Of a stretch of DNA of 56,493 bases, positions 18,823 through 27,919 are shown piece by piece. The notes beneath the pieces were generated by a model. That model did not search any database. It was not told the DNA's origin and worked only from the letters and a program-made list of their open reading frames with translations. Source of the DNA: Candidatus Dojkabacteria bacterium (GTDB taxonomy: Bacteria; Patescibacteriota; Dojkabacteria; J137); contig JANWZV010000001.1 in NCBI GenBank assembly GCA_025061805.1, forward strand, positions 60,498 to 116,990. The letters run 5' to 3'. Positions within the stretch are counted from its first letter, which is position 1. Every line of letters begins with the position of its first letter. Position numbers and translations under genes: made by a program.

Positions 18823-18830
18823 ATGAAAAA

Positions 18831-18838
18831 AATAAATA
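18831..18838 (+). promoter_or_regulatory. AATAAATA motif upstream of ORF 18858
   Basis: Exact 8-mer located 19 nt before the ATG, with an AAGGAG SD between them. Confidence 0.4.
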
Positions 18839-18857
18839 AATAGTAAGGAGTAAAAAA

Positions 18858-19241
18858 ATGGCAACTACACCAAATTTCGCAAGCTCGCCCAGAGCATCTT
18901 TTGCAGTCATAAATACGGCTAACACAAACAGGGATGGGACCGGAACAATAGTAACCGTTTTCAATGCCGGTCCACAAGGCTCTAGAATAGAAACCATAGA
19001 AGTCATCGCTATTGGCGCGACAACTAACAACGTCGTTAGAATATTTCTAAATGACGGGACGAATACAAGATTATATGATGAAATACTTATTTCTGCTTCA
19101 ACACCTTCAACGACAGAAAAAGTCCAAAGACATTCTCTCGTCTTTACGTATAATTTCGTTTTACCACCTGGATGGAGCATAAGAGCTTCTACCAACAATG
19201 CAGAATCTTATGTTGTTCTAGTTACTGGCGGAGATTTCTAA
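18858..19241 (+). CDS. Small T/S/N/G-rich putative virion protein (127 aa)
   Basis: Its composition differs sharply from the K/E-rich neighbours and matches the other structural genes. It has a strong SD. Confidence 0.5.
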   Translation: MATTPNFASSPRASFAVINTANTNRDGTGTIVTVFNAGPQGSRIETIEVIAIGATTNNVVRIFLNDGTNTRLYDEILISASTPSTTEKVQRHSLVFTYNFVLPPGWSIRASTNNAESYVVLVTGGDF

Positions 19242-19579
19242 TGAATTCTGGATTATTCGGACATCCTTCCAATTTAAGCGCACAAGATAAGTTTAGTATT
19301 GTTAGGTCTCCAATAATTTGTCTATTGAGAAGGCAGAACATATTTCCTAATAATCATTATTCTATAGTTTATAATGTTCAAACTACTCTTGTTCTGCCTT
19401 CTATAACTAGACCCGGTGATATAATTTGGATAAGCAATAATTCCAATATTTTTACTCATGTCGTTGCCAGAAACGGAAAAAGAATAAATCAAGCCAATGA
19501 AGACTTAATTTTGGATGTCCCAGATAGAATAGTTTGTTTAAGATATGTAAATGATTCCATAGGCTGGTTGGTCACTTAA
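19241..19579 (+). CDS. Small putative tail-fibre/baseplate-associated protein (112 aa)
   Basis: The start was set at ATG 19241 (TAATG overlap). The pattern LPSITRPGDIIWISNN...ARNGKRINQANEDLILDVPDRIVCLRYVNDSIGWLV resembles a motif I recall from phage fibre proteins (P..GD.i.i.d...n.....rNG..I.g...dl.ld.....v.l.Y.d...GW). Confidence 0.4.
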   Translation: MNSGLFGHPSNLSAQDKFSIVRSPIICLLRRQNIFPNNHYSIVYNVQTTLVLPSITRPGDIIWISNNSNIFTHVVARNGKRINQANEDLILDVPDRIVCLRYVNDSIGWLVT

Positions 19580-19635
19580 AATAATAGATAAAAAAAATTT
19601 TGTTTTTTTTATTTTTTTAATATAAAATTAACAAA

Positions 19636-20994
19636 ATGGATTTAGAAAAAAAAGCAAAAATAGATTCCATATCAAAGAGTTTTTGTGCTGCAAAATGGAC
19701 ACAAGTGACCATACATCTTGGAAATGGTTATAATCATTCTTGTCACCATCCGGGATTACATAAAATAAGCATTGAAGAAATAAAGAATAATCCATCTGCT
19801 CTTCATAATACTAGATACAAGTTAGAGAGAAGAAGAGAAATGATGGAGGGTATAAGACCAAAAGAATGTGATTATTGTTGGAGAGTAGAAGATTCAAATG
19901 AAAAAAATGTTTCTGATAGATATCTTAAATCTTTTGAATCTTGGAGTTTCCCCTATATTGATGATATAATCGCCGATCCTTTAAACGAAAAATTCAATCC
20001 AAAATATGTAGAAGTTTCCTTTAGTAATCAATGTAATTTCAAATGTTCTTACTGTGCTCCTTATGTTTCATCGAAGTGGCAAGAAGAAATAAAAAAATAT
20101 GGTCCTTACCCCACATCAAAAAAATTCAATTCCATAAATCATTTGACAGAAGAAATAATTCCCAATAATTCATATAATCCGTATATTGATGTTTGGTGGA
20201 AATGGTTTCCTGATCTTGTTAAAAATCTTTTATATCTGAGGGTCACTGGTGGCGAACCTTTTTTGAATAAGAACACAATCATTCTTTTGGAGAAAATAAT
20301 AGAAAATCCGCAAAAAGAATTGACTTTGAGTTTAAATTCTAATTTTTGTGTTCCTGAAAAAAACATAAATCGTATTTTGGAGTTGTTGAAATACATAAAT
20401 GATAATAAATTGGTAAAAAACATAGAATTATATACTTCTTGTGAGGCGTACGGAGAAAAGGCGGAATATATAAGGTGGGGATTGAATTATGAAACATGGA
20501 AAAATACGGTAAGATTTTTCAATGAAAATTTGAGAAACATAAAAATTATAATAATGTCGACATTTAATTTATTATCCATATCCAGTTATGTGGATTTCCT
20601 CAGAGATGTATTGATCTTAAAAAAGAGTTTTAAGGAAGAATCACATCTTTTGATAGACACACCTTATTTGAGATATCCAACACATCAGACAGCTTGGTTA
20701 TATGATAGGGATTTAGCGGAAAAATATATAGACGATATTGATGATTATTTTTCCGAAAATTTAGCTGATTTCAGTGAAAAAAAATTTTTTGCTTATGAAT
20801 ATACGAAATTTAAACGTGTTGTGAATTTAATAAAATCAGAATGGAACAGAGAAAACTATGATCAGATGTATTTAGAAGACAAAAAAGACTTCATCAGATT
20901 CGTGGATGAACATGATCGAAGAAGAGGATCGAATTTTTTGAAGACTTTTCCGGAAATGGAAACTTTTTATAATAGATACAAAGAAAAATTGTAA
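19636..20994 (+). CDS. Radical SAM enzyme (452 aa) with a Cys-containing N-terminal extension
   Basis: CNFKCSYC is a CX3CX2C motif. VTGGEPFL is a GGEP SAM-binding motif. The N-terminal FCAAKW...SCHHP and CDYCW cysteines suggest auxiliary clusters. Confidence 0.8.
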   Translation: MDLEKKAKIDSISKSFCAAKWTQVTIHLGNGYNHSCHHPGLHKISIEEIKNNPSALHNTRYKLERRREMMEGIRPKECDYCWRVEDSNEKNVSDRYLKSFESWSFPYIDDIIADPLNEKFNPKYVEVSFSNQCNFKCSYCAPYVSSKWQEEIKKYGPYPTSKKFNSINHLTEEIIPNNSYNPYIDVWWKWFPDLVKNLLYLRVTGGEPFLNKNTIILLEKIIENPQKELTLSLNSNFCVPEKNINRILELLKYINDNKLVKNIELYTSCEAYGEKAEYIRWGLNYETWKNTVRFFNENLRNIKIIIMSTFNLLSISSYVDFLRDVLILKKSFKEESHLLIDTPYLRYPTHQTAWLYDRDLAEKYIDDIDDYFSENLADFSEKKFFAYEYTKFKRVVNLIKSEWNRENYDQMYLEDKKDFIRFVDEHDRRRGSNFLKTFPEMETFYNRYKEKL

Positions 20995-21064
20995 TTTTTT
21001 ATCAAATATGCTTTACCATACGATGTAATTTGACATTTTTTTATTATTACAATATCATAATACT

Positions 21065-21838
21065 ATGACTTCTTATAAACTTACAGAAAATTTCTTGTTA
21101 TATGACCAAAAAGATCTAAAAAACATGGCAGTATTTAGGAAAAATAACTTACATTTTTTGTTCAAAGATATTTTTTTCGATATTTTAGACGATCAACAAT
21201 CAGAAAAGTTCATAGTATTGAATGATAAAAGATTGAATATAGAAGATTTCGACGATCCTAGTTATTTTAATATCGTTGGTTTTTTGAAGGACAGAAATTT
21301 TGAAAATGTAGTTTCTTTTACTAGCTGTATAAGAAAAATAGATAATATTCTGATGAAATCAAAAAATAAACCTCTTTTTCATTTGAATTTTGGCAGATTT
21401 TTCAATCCTTGGGAAAATCAAGATTATTATAATAACACTTTATCTTTCAATTTGAGAGAATTCAATATTTTATATGATAAAAATGATATATTTCTCGTTA
21501 TTTCGAATTATTTGGAAAAATGCAAAGAAAACAAAAATTTTGTATTTTATGTCGATTTATCGATATTCGAGAATATAATTCCATATTATATTTTTAATGA
21601 TAGCTTCGATGATGATAAGAAATATAAATATTCGGATATTTACAGAAAATTGAATTTAGAAAAATTCATAAACGTTTTACATTGCTTTAAAGTTTTAAGA
21701 AAGAACAACGAATTTTATTATATTAAGCCGAATTTACAAGGTGTCATTTTGGATTCTTCAAATGTGATGGATTATGATAAAAAAACTGTTGAAAATATAT
21801 TTTTCGAGATTAAAGTATTGTTGGATGAAAGGATTTGA
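21065..21838 (+). CDS. Hypothetical protein (257 aa)
   Basis: ORF from the track. Confidence 0.6.
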   Translation: MTSYKLTENFLLYDQKDLKNMAVFRKNNLHFLFKDIFFDILDDQQSEKFIVLNDKRLNIEDFDDPSYFNIVGFLKDRNFENVVSFTSCIRKIDNILMKSKNKPLFHLNFGRFFNPWENQDYYNNTLSFNLREFNILYDKNDIFLVISNYLEKCKENKNFVFYVDLSIFENIIPYYIFNDSFDDDKKYKYSDIYRKLNLEKFINVLHCFKVLRKNNEFYYIKPNLQGVILDSSNVMDYDKKTVENIFFEIKVLLDERI

Positions 21839-21841
21839 AAA

Positions 21842-22210
21842 ATGATGGATTTTTTAGAGAAGAAAATTTCTGCTTATGTTTACTTATTTTATGATGATTC
21901 GGATAATTTCGATAAAAAAACAAAAAATTTAGATTATTATCGAATTTTATCGAAAAAATTAACTCCTGCTGTTTTGGATTTTATTTCTTACTTGGAAAAC
22001 AATAATGATCCCACGGAGGAAGAAATACAGTTCAATTCCTATGAAATTGCAAAAAAATATTTGAACAAAGATGAAATAAGAATGTTTTTCAGTGTACTTT
22101 ACATACTTTCTCTAAAGCAAAAAGAAGGTCCAAGATTTGCTTCTATGGTAAAGTTTATGGGGGTTGATAGGTTTTTATCTTCCTTAAAAGAAAATTTATA
22201 TAGTAATTGA
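21842..22210 (+). CDS. Hypothetical protein (122 aa)
   Basis: ORF from the track. Confidence 0.55.
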   Translation: MMDFLEKKISAYVYLFYDDSDNFDKKTKNLDYYRILSKKLTPAVLDFISYLENNNDPTEEEIQFNSYEIAKKYLNKDEIRMFFSVLYILSLKQKEGPRFASMVKFMGVDRFLSSLKENLYSN

Positions 22211-22218
22211 TCAGAGGA

Positions 22219-22611
22219 TTAAAATCTTTTTTGTATATTTTTTCTTTTTTGATTCTTGATTTTTACGTTTTTTACATTTTTTATCGGATAAATTGATTTC
22301 CAAGTATCTTCTGGGTTGAAAGCACTTATTGAACTTGCTACTGAACCCGAGGTAGTAGATTCTTTTATTTCGTCTATATGTACTGTTTTTTTATTTGGTT
22401 TTCCTAGTTTATTATAATACCAAGTTACAGGATCGAGACTAAAATATTCTTCAAAAAATCTCACAATATCTATTTTTTTTATATTGAATAAGGAACTAAC
22501 ATCTTCTAAAGCTCTTTCCAGCTCTTCGTTGATATTTTCATTCGAATCTTTTTCTGATACCAACGATAAAAATTTTTTTACAAATTCATTTACAATAAAA
22601 TACTTTAGCAT
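22219..22611 (-). CDS. Hypothetical protein (130 aa)
   Basis: ORF from the track. Confidence 0.55.
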   Translation of the reverse strand: MLKYFIVNEFVKKFLSLVSEKDSNENINEELERALEDVSSLFNIKKIDIVRFFEEYFSLDPVTWYYNKLGKPNKKTVHIDEIKESTTSGSVASSISAFNPEDTWKSIYPIKNVKNVKIKNQKRKNIQKRF

Positions 22612-22638
22612 AAAAATATTTATTTTACTTGTTAAAAA

Positions 22639-23001
22639 TTAATAAGTTTTAATATATTTGTCTATATTTTCAACTTTTGGTTTTCTTCCTCTTTTTCTTT
22701 TTTGTGTCATCGGTGTGCCATCTATATTCAATCCATAAACCTTGGCTATTTTTTCTAATTCCATTCCATCTATTTTTTTGATATCAGTTGAATTTATATA
22801 GTATTGTTTATTATCTTTTACACATAATCCTAGTATCTTTATTTCATCGTTTTCTGTTTTTATGCATCTTATTACAAACAAATCTTTATTGAAATGACTG
22901 ACAAGATTATTGGTCGAATAATCTTTTACTGTACATGTTATTATGGTATTTCTTTTGATAACTTTTTTTTCTATAAGAATTTCTATCAAGTTTTTGTTCA
23001 T
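22639..23001 (-). CDS. Hypothetical protein with a basic AT-hook-like tail (KRKRGRKPK)
   Basis: ORF from the track. Confidence 0.5.
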   Translation of the reverse strand: MNKNLIEILIEKKVIKRNTIITCTVKDYSTNNLVSHFNKDLFVIRCIKTENDEIKILGLCVKDNKQYYINSTDIKKIDGMELEKIAKVYGLNIDGTPMTQKRKRGRKPKVENIDKYIKTY

Positions 23002-23047
23002 TTACGAATAATTATAGCATCTTGTTAGTATTTTTCAAGTATAAAAT

Positions 23048-25360
23048 TTATAAAATAACTATTTGATCGTTCTTAATATCTAAAATGATATTTTCTTTTT
23101 TGTTATTTCCTAAAATCAAATATTTACTCAAAGGAATCTTTATTTTTCTATCGATTATTCTATTTATATTTCTTGCACCGTATTTTTCTTCAAAACTTTG
23201 TTCCGCAATATTTTTCATTAGGTTATCCGTAATTGATATTTTTATGTTTTTTTCTGCCAAAAGTTCATTAATTTCTTTTATTCTTTTTTCTATGATCTTT
23301 TCTACTATATTTTTATTGATTTTATTGAATAAAAGTATATCATCCAATCTGTTTCTGAACTCTGGTGAAAAATAATCCATTAAGATATTTTCCAGTTTTT
23401 CTTCTTTTTGGTCATGAAAGAATCCAACATTTTGTTTTTCATATCTGTCTGAACCAGCATTCGATGTCATAACAAGAACAATGTTCGAAAAATTTACTTT
23501 TTTTCCCTTTGATGAGGTTAGTACACCATCATCCATGATTTGCAAAAGAATATTCAAAATATCTGGATGTGCTTTTTCTATTTCGTCTAAAAGTAGTACA
23601 GCACACGGATTTTTTTCTATTTCAAATATCAATTTTCCTTCAGATTCATGACCTATATAACCAGGAGGAGAACCTATCAACTTTGATACCGAATGTTGTT
23701 CCATATATTCACTCATATCGAATTTTATCAAAGGACAATTCAAAATTTTTGCTATATTTCTAGCTGTTTCTGTTTTACCTACTCCAGTAGGACCCAAAAA
23801 TAATAAAGAACAATAAGTTTTGTTTTTCTCTCTTAATCCAGCTTTTGATACCAATAAATTTTCATATATTCTTTCTAATATTTCGTCTTGACCGAAGATA
23901 TTTTCTTTTAATTTTTCTAGACATTGATCAAAATGAATATCTTGATTTCTTATGGAACTGGAAGGAATTCTTAAAATCTTCGCCAATTCATCTATGATGT
24001 GATCTTCTGTGATTATGATTTTGTTTTTGCTTGTATGAAAAGTAGATATGCTTGAACAGGTTTGATCCAACAAATCAAAAGCTTTATCTGGAAATAATTT
24101 ATTGTGCATGAATTTTTTACTGTAATATACTATTTTGGATATTATTTCTTTTGTCAAAACAACATTATGATGTTTTTCATATAAATGTTTTAATTTCAAT
24201 AATATTTCTTCTGTTTCTTTTTCCGATGGCTCAAGAATGTCTATTTTTTGAAATCTTCTCAGAAAGGCTTTATCTTTTTCCATATAACGATGAAACTCTT
24301 CATCTGTCGTAGCACCAATGTTTTTTATCTTTCCATTCAATAGATATGGTTTTATCATATTTGATATGTCCTGGGAATTTGGACCAGAAGATGAATAGCC
24401 TATTAAGTTATGTATTTCATCAACAAAAAGTATTATATTTTCATTCTTTTCGAGTTCTTGAAATATGTTTTTTATTCTTTCTTCGAGTTCTCCCCTATAT
24501 TTGGAACCAGAGATGAGAGAAATCAAATCTAGGCTTGCTATTATTTTATTTCTCAATTTTTGTGAGCATTTTTTATTTACTATTTTATAAGCTAACCCTT
24601 CCACAAGTGCCGTTTTCCCTACTCCCGGCGGTCCGACCAAAATTACGTTTGATTTTTTTCTTTTATTCAAGATTATCTCCATTTGCTTTATTTCTTCTTC
24701 TCTACCTATTATCGGATCTATTTTTTTGGCTTTGACCAGATCGTTCAAATTTGTGCAATATTTCCATATTTTAGATTGATTTGTCTGATCTTTTTTTGTT
24801 CTTTTATTTTCTATTTCTTCTATGAATTTAAGAGCAGATTCATAAGTTAAATTTTCTAAGCTTATTTTTTCATTTTCGGCTTTGTTTTTATCTATATGAT
24901 TCAAAATATGTTCTTTACTTAAGCCATATTTTTTCAGCAAACGTGAAGAAAAAGTTTCTTCCATTTGAAGTATGGAATTTAATATTTCCAACAAGACATA
25001 ATCTTTTGTGAAATTTATATTAGAAAAAAAATGAATGAGAGTAATCATTCTTTGAAAATGAAATTTGAAATTATTGGAAAAAATGATTATTTTTGCTTTG
25101 TTTTCTTCGTTTTGTTTTATATGTTTGAAATACTCTTCCAGTTCTTTTTTTAGTTCTTCGGTATTTGCATTTACCTCTTTTTTAAAGAAAGAATCTATTT
25201 CATTGAATTTAAGAATCGTATACAAAAGGTGTTCCGAACTTATGGAATAATTTTCGAAATGAGTGGCAACCATAAGAGAATTCTTGACTAATTTATCCAA
25301 GAATTCAAAACAATCTAAGTTTTCGAATTCTTTCAAGCTTAGATTATTTGTTATCGTCAT
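23048..25360 (-). CDS. clpA: ClpA-type Clp/Hsp100 double AAA+ unfoldase (770 aa)
   Basis: Colinear with E. coli ClpA. Walker A motifs are VGPPGVGKTALVEGLA (D1) and LGPTGVGKTE (D2). Other matches are KYRGELEER, RRFQKIDI, PDKAFDLLD, SPPGYIGH, LLLDEIEKAHPDI and FRNRLD. There is no long ClpB-type middle domain. Confidence 0.85.
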   Translation of the reverse strand: MTITNNLSLKEFENLDCFEFLDKLVKNSLMVATHFENYSISSEHLLYTILKFNEIDSFFKKEVNANTEELKKELEEYFKHIKQNEENKAKIIIFSNNFKFHFQRMITLIHFFSNINFTKDYVLLEILNSILQMEETFSSRLLKKYGLSKEHILNHIDKNKAENEKISLENLTYESALKFIEEIENKRTKKDQTNQSKIWKYCTNLNDLVKAKKIDPIIGREEEIKQMEIILNKRKKSNVILVGPPGVGKTALVEGLAYKIVNKKCSQKLRNKIIASLDLISLISGSKYRGELEERIKNIFQELEKNENIILFVDEIHNLIGYSSSGPNSQDISNMIKPYLLNGKIKNIGATTDEEFHRYMEKDKAFLRRFQKIDILEPSEKETEEILLKLKHLYEKHHNVVLTKEIISKIVYYSKKFMHNKLFPDKAFDLLDQTCSSISTFHTSKNKIIITEDHIIDELAKILRIPSSSIRNQDIHFDQCLEKLKENIFGQDEILERIYENLLVSKAGLREKNKTYCSLLFLGPTGVGKTETARNIAKILNCPLIKFDMSEYMEQHSVSKLIGSPPGYIGHESEGKLIFEIEKNPCAVLLLDEIEKAHPDILNILLQIMDDGVLTSSKGKKVNFSNIVLVMTSNAGSDRYEKQNVGFFHDQKEEKLENILMDYFSPEFRNRLDDILLFNKINKNIVEKIIEKRIKEINELLAEKNIKISITDNLMKNIAEQSFEEKYGARNINRIIDRKIKIPLSKYLILGNNKKENIILDIKNDQIVIL

Positions 25361-25829
25361 TTTTTTCCTCTTTATTTTGAATTAAATCCAAAATTTTGTT
25401 TCGTTCCACAATCAACAGGCCATCGTTTTTGAAATCTTTGTTTTGTTTCGAAATAGCTTCATTTTTTTCTTTATATAATTCCAGCTTTGCAATCGATAAC
25501 TTTTGTTCTATGAATTTTTGTTTATTGTCTAAAATAGTTTTCAATAATTCTACAGCTGGTTCAAGTATTTGTCCACTTATTTTAGGTTCAGAAGAAAAAG
25601 CTAGAAACATTATTTTTTTATAATCTTCTATTGCTTCTTCTAATATCTTATCTATTTCATATTTGTTTTTCAAAATATCATCTCTTAATTTTTTTAAGTT
25701 ATCTATTTTTTCCGTTATATCATTAGATATTTCATATTCCAGATCGAGATTTTTGTTGTTTTCTTTTTGTTTTTCTAATGATTCCAGTAAATCAGGTAAA
25801 TTCAGTTCTTCGTCTAATTTTTTTGTCAT
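25344..25829 (-). CDS. Hypothetical coiled-coil protein (161 aa)
   Basis: ORF from the track. It overlaps the clpA-like start by 17 nt. Confidence 0.55.
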   Translation of the reverse strand: MTKKLDEELNLPDLLESLEKQKENNKNLDLEYEISNDITEKIDNLKKLRDDILKNKYEIDKILEEAIEDYKKIMFLAFSSEPKISGQILEPAVELLKTILDNKQKFIEQKLSIAKLELYKEKNEAISKQNKDFKNDGLLIVERNKILDLIQNKEEKNDDNK

Positions 25830-25867
25830 TATCTATATAAAATATTTATATTTTATTTTATTACTAA

Positions 25868-25875
25868 AATAAATA
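25868..25875 (+). promoter_or_regulatory. AATAAATA motif upstream of ORF 25908
   Basis: Exact 8-mer located 32 nt before the ATG. Confidence 0.3.
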
Positions 25876-25907
25876 AATTTTGTCAATCACTTAAAAAAAT
25901 ATAAAAA

Positions 25908-26291
25908 ATGAAGGATCAAGATATTTCAGAATATATAAAAATTCTTTCCAATAAATATCCGTTTTTGACTTTTTTTAATTATGCAGAGAATGATTATATC
26001 GGAATAATTCAAGGATATGAAGAAAAATTCTTATCTTTTTATGTTTATAATTACATAAACGACGACAAATTAAAAAAATTGTTTTTGAAATTCGGCGAAA
26101 TATGGTGGTGGGAATCTTCAAGAAATTATCCGATAAATTTGTTTTTGAAGGGAAAATTCGACATTTTCAATCAATATTTGAAGATTTTTAATAAAAAAGG
26201 TGTAAATTTCATTTGTGGTCCCACCTTTTTAGATATTAAGATTTTCGGAAAACCATCAAAAAGAAAACAAATCATATTTTTGAAAAGATAG
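25908..26291 (+). CDS. Hypothetical protein (127 aa)
   Basis: ORF from the track. Confidence 0.55.
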   Translation: MKDQDISEYIKILSNKYPFLTFFNYAENDYIGIIQGYEEKFLSFYVYNYINDDKLKKLFLKFGEIWWWESSRNYPINLFLKGKFDIFNQYLKIFNKKGVNFICGPTFLDIKIFGKPSKRKQIIFLKR

Positions 26292-26297
26292 AACAAT

Positions 26298-27110
26298 TCA
26301 ATATTTAAGATAATATACGCTTTTCCCTTCTATGGGTTTGTCTATTTTTATTAGTTTATAATTCAGTTCATGGAAAAACTTATTCAAAAATGCTTCATCA
26401 AAATAGTATAAATGTTCTATTTTTCTCCAATGGTGTTTAGCTTTCTTGTGAAAAAAATCTGGAACATCGATAATAATATATGATTCTGGTTCTAATATCT
26501 TTTTTAGATTGTTCATGAAAATAAATGGATATGATAAATGTTCAAAAACATCATATAATATGATTGTTTTGAATTTTTTTAAATTCAAATCTTTTTTCAT
26601 TTCAGAAACAAATTTTTTTAATTCTTTCAAGTTTTCAAGATTGCAAAAATAAAAAGGACTTTTTCCTGTATAAATTTTTCTTATATCTATACCTACTGCA
26701 AATATATCTATTGAATTTAAAAAGTCGATATTGGCTCCATTCGCGCAGCCGATGTCCAACACAGGATATGGTGGTTCTTCTCCTAGTATTCGTTTATGTC
26801 TTTTCCATCTTATTTGAGCTATCATATGATCATGTTCATATCTATCGAAATAAGGAATATCTCCTCTTTTTTTTATGAAATTATCATAATTTTGATACCA
26901 ATTTATATAATCGTCATAAGTCATGTTCACGCATTGTTTTATTACACCGCAATTTAAACATTTTTTGACAAATATATCATTTATTTGAATGGTCTTGGAA
27001 AAAATATTCTTAAAACAAAAACCACATATTTCGTCTAAATTTACTTGTCGATAGTCATCAAGATTGAAATTGTCGGTTATTTTTTTATCAAAAATGTCTT
27101 TTTTCGCCAT
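26298..27110 (-). CDS. Class I SAM-dependent methyltransferase with an N-terminal Cys4 zinc-ribbon-like motif
   Basis: Motif I is VLDIGCANGANIDFL. A post-I acidic residue (AVGIDI) and YDVFEHLSYP are also present. The N-terminal cysteines read CGFC...CLNC. The substrate is unknown. Confidence 0.7.
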   Translation of the reverse strand: MAKKDIFDKKITDNFNLDDYRQVNLDEICGFCFKNIFSKTIQINDIFVKKCLNCGVIKQCVNMTYDDYINWYQNYDNFIKKRGDIPYFDRYEHDHMIAQIRWKRHKRILGEEPPYPVLDIGCANGANIDFLNSIDIFAVGIDIRKIYTGKSPFYFCNLENLKELKKFVSEMKKDLNLKKFKTIILYDVFEHLSYPFIFMNNLKKILEPESYIIIDVPDFFHKKAKHHWRKIEHLYYFDEAFLNKFFHELNYKLIKIDKPIEGKSVYYLKY

Positions 27111-27115
27111 TTTTA

Positions 27116-27577
27116 TTATGATTCTTCCTTAAATTCAAAAACATCTATTTCTGCTTCTGTAAACATCGTTTTCGAATAATTTTCGAATTCTTTTCTTCTG
27201 AAGTCTTCTATGAGCGTTTCTTTGGGAATTCTGAAATAAATTTTTTTTATTCCTGATTGAATTATCGCTTTGGAACATTCTATGCACGGAAAAAGTCCAT
27301 GAATGAAAATGGAACAATTGTTTAATGAACTTCCTATTCTTGCTGCGTTGTAAATGGCATTTCTTTCAGCGTGTTCTGTCCATTTTAATTTTTCTTCTCT
27401 AGTATGATATCTTTCTTCGAATTCAATCACTTTTCTTGGAAATCCATTATAACCCGTAGATCTTATTTCGTTGTCTGGGCCAACAACAACACAACCTATT
27501 TTTTTAGACGGATCTTTGCTTTTTGTTGCTACTGTTTCCGCCAAAGAAAAGAAATAATTTATCCAATCCTTTTTCAT
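27116..27577 (-). CDS. dCMP deaminase (cytidine/deoxycytidylate deaminase family)
   Basis: Zinc motifs HAERNAI and PCIECSKAI are present. The size is 153 aa. Confidence 0.85.
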   Translation of the reverse strand: MKKDWINYFFSLAETVATKSKDPSKKIGCVVVGPDNEIRSTGYNGFPRKVIEFEERYHTREEKLKWTEHAERNAIYNAARIGSSLNNCSIFIHGLFPCIECSKAIIQSGIKKIYFRIPKETLIEDFRRKEFENYSKTMFTEAEIDVFEFKEES

Positions 27578-27580
27578 TTT

Positions 27581-27709
27581 TCAAAATAAATGAAATATTT
27601 TGTTGATGTTTTTATTAAGAAATATTTTGTTGATGTTTTTATTAAAGAAATCAAAAAAGATATAGAAGTTATATAACATGTAATTTTTTTCAGTCTCTCC
27701 TAAAAACAT
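27581..27709 (-). CDS. Possible 42-aa mini-ORF containing the 27-bp tandem repeat
   Basis: My own translation is MFLGETEKNYMLYNFYIFFDFFNKNINKIFLNKNINKIFHLF. An AAGGAG lies 7 nt upstream (27722..27717). The stop is 3 nt before the dCMP deaminase ATG. It is below the ORF-track size cutoff. Confidence 0.3.
   Translation of the reverse strand: MFLGETEKNYMLYNFYIFFDFFNKNINKIFLNKNINKIFHLF
27592..27645. repeat. Perfect 27-bp direct tandem repeat, two copies
   Basis: GAAATATTTTGTTGATGTTTTTATTAA at 27592-27618 is repeated exactly at 27619-27645. Confidence 0.95.
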
Positions 27710-27919
27710 GGTTTTTCTCCTTTTGTGAAAAATTTTTCATTTATTTTTAAACATTCACAAAAATGATTATATAAAAAACAAGTAAGAACTTCAATATAAT
27801 TTTCAATTCTTTTCTTAATTTCACTTCGTTATTTTTAGCAATCATTTCACTAAAAACATGATGAAAATTTTTATTTTCCATATCTAATACTTATCATTAA
27901 TTTTATAAAAATCAAGTTT

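Noticed and set aside
18413-19198. Minus-strand ORFs (18413..18805, 18451..18633, 18642..18977, 18806..19198) opposite guaC and the 127-aa gene
   Set aside because: The plus-strand guaC aligns end to end with E. coli GuaC, and the 127-aa gene has a strong SD. The antisense ORFs are by-products of the locally higher GC content.
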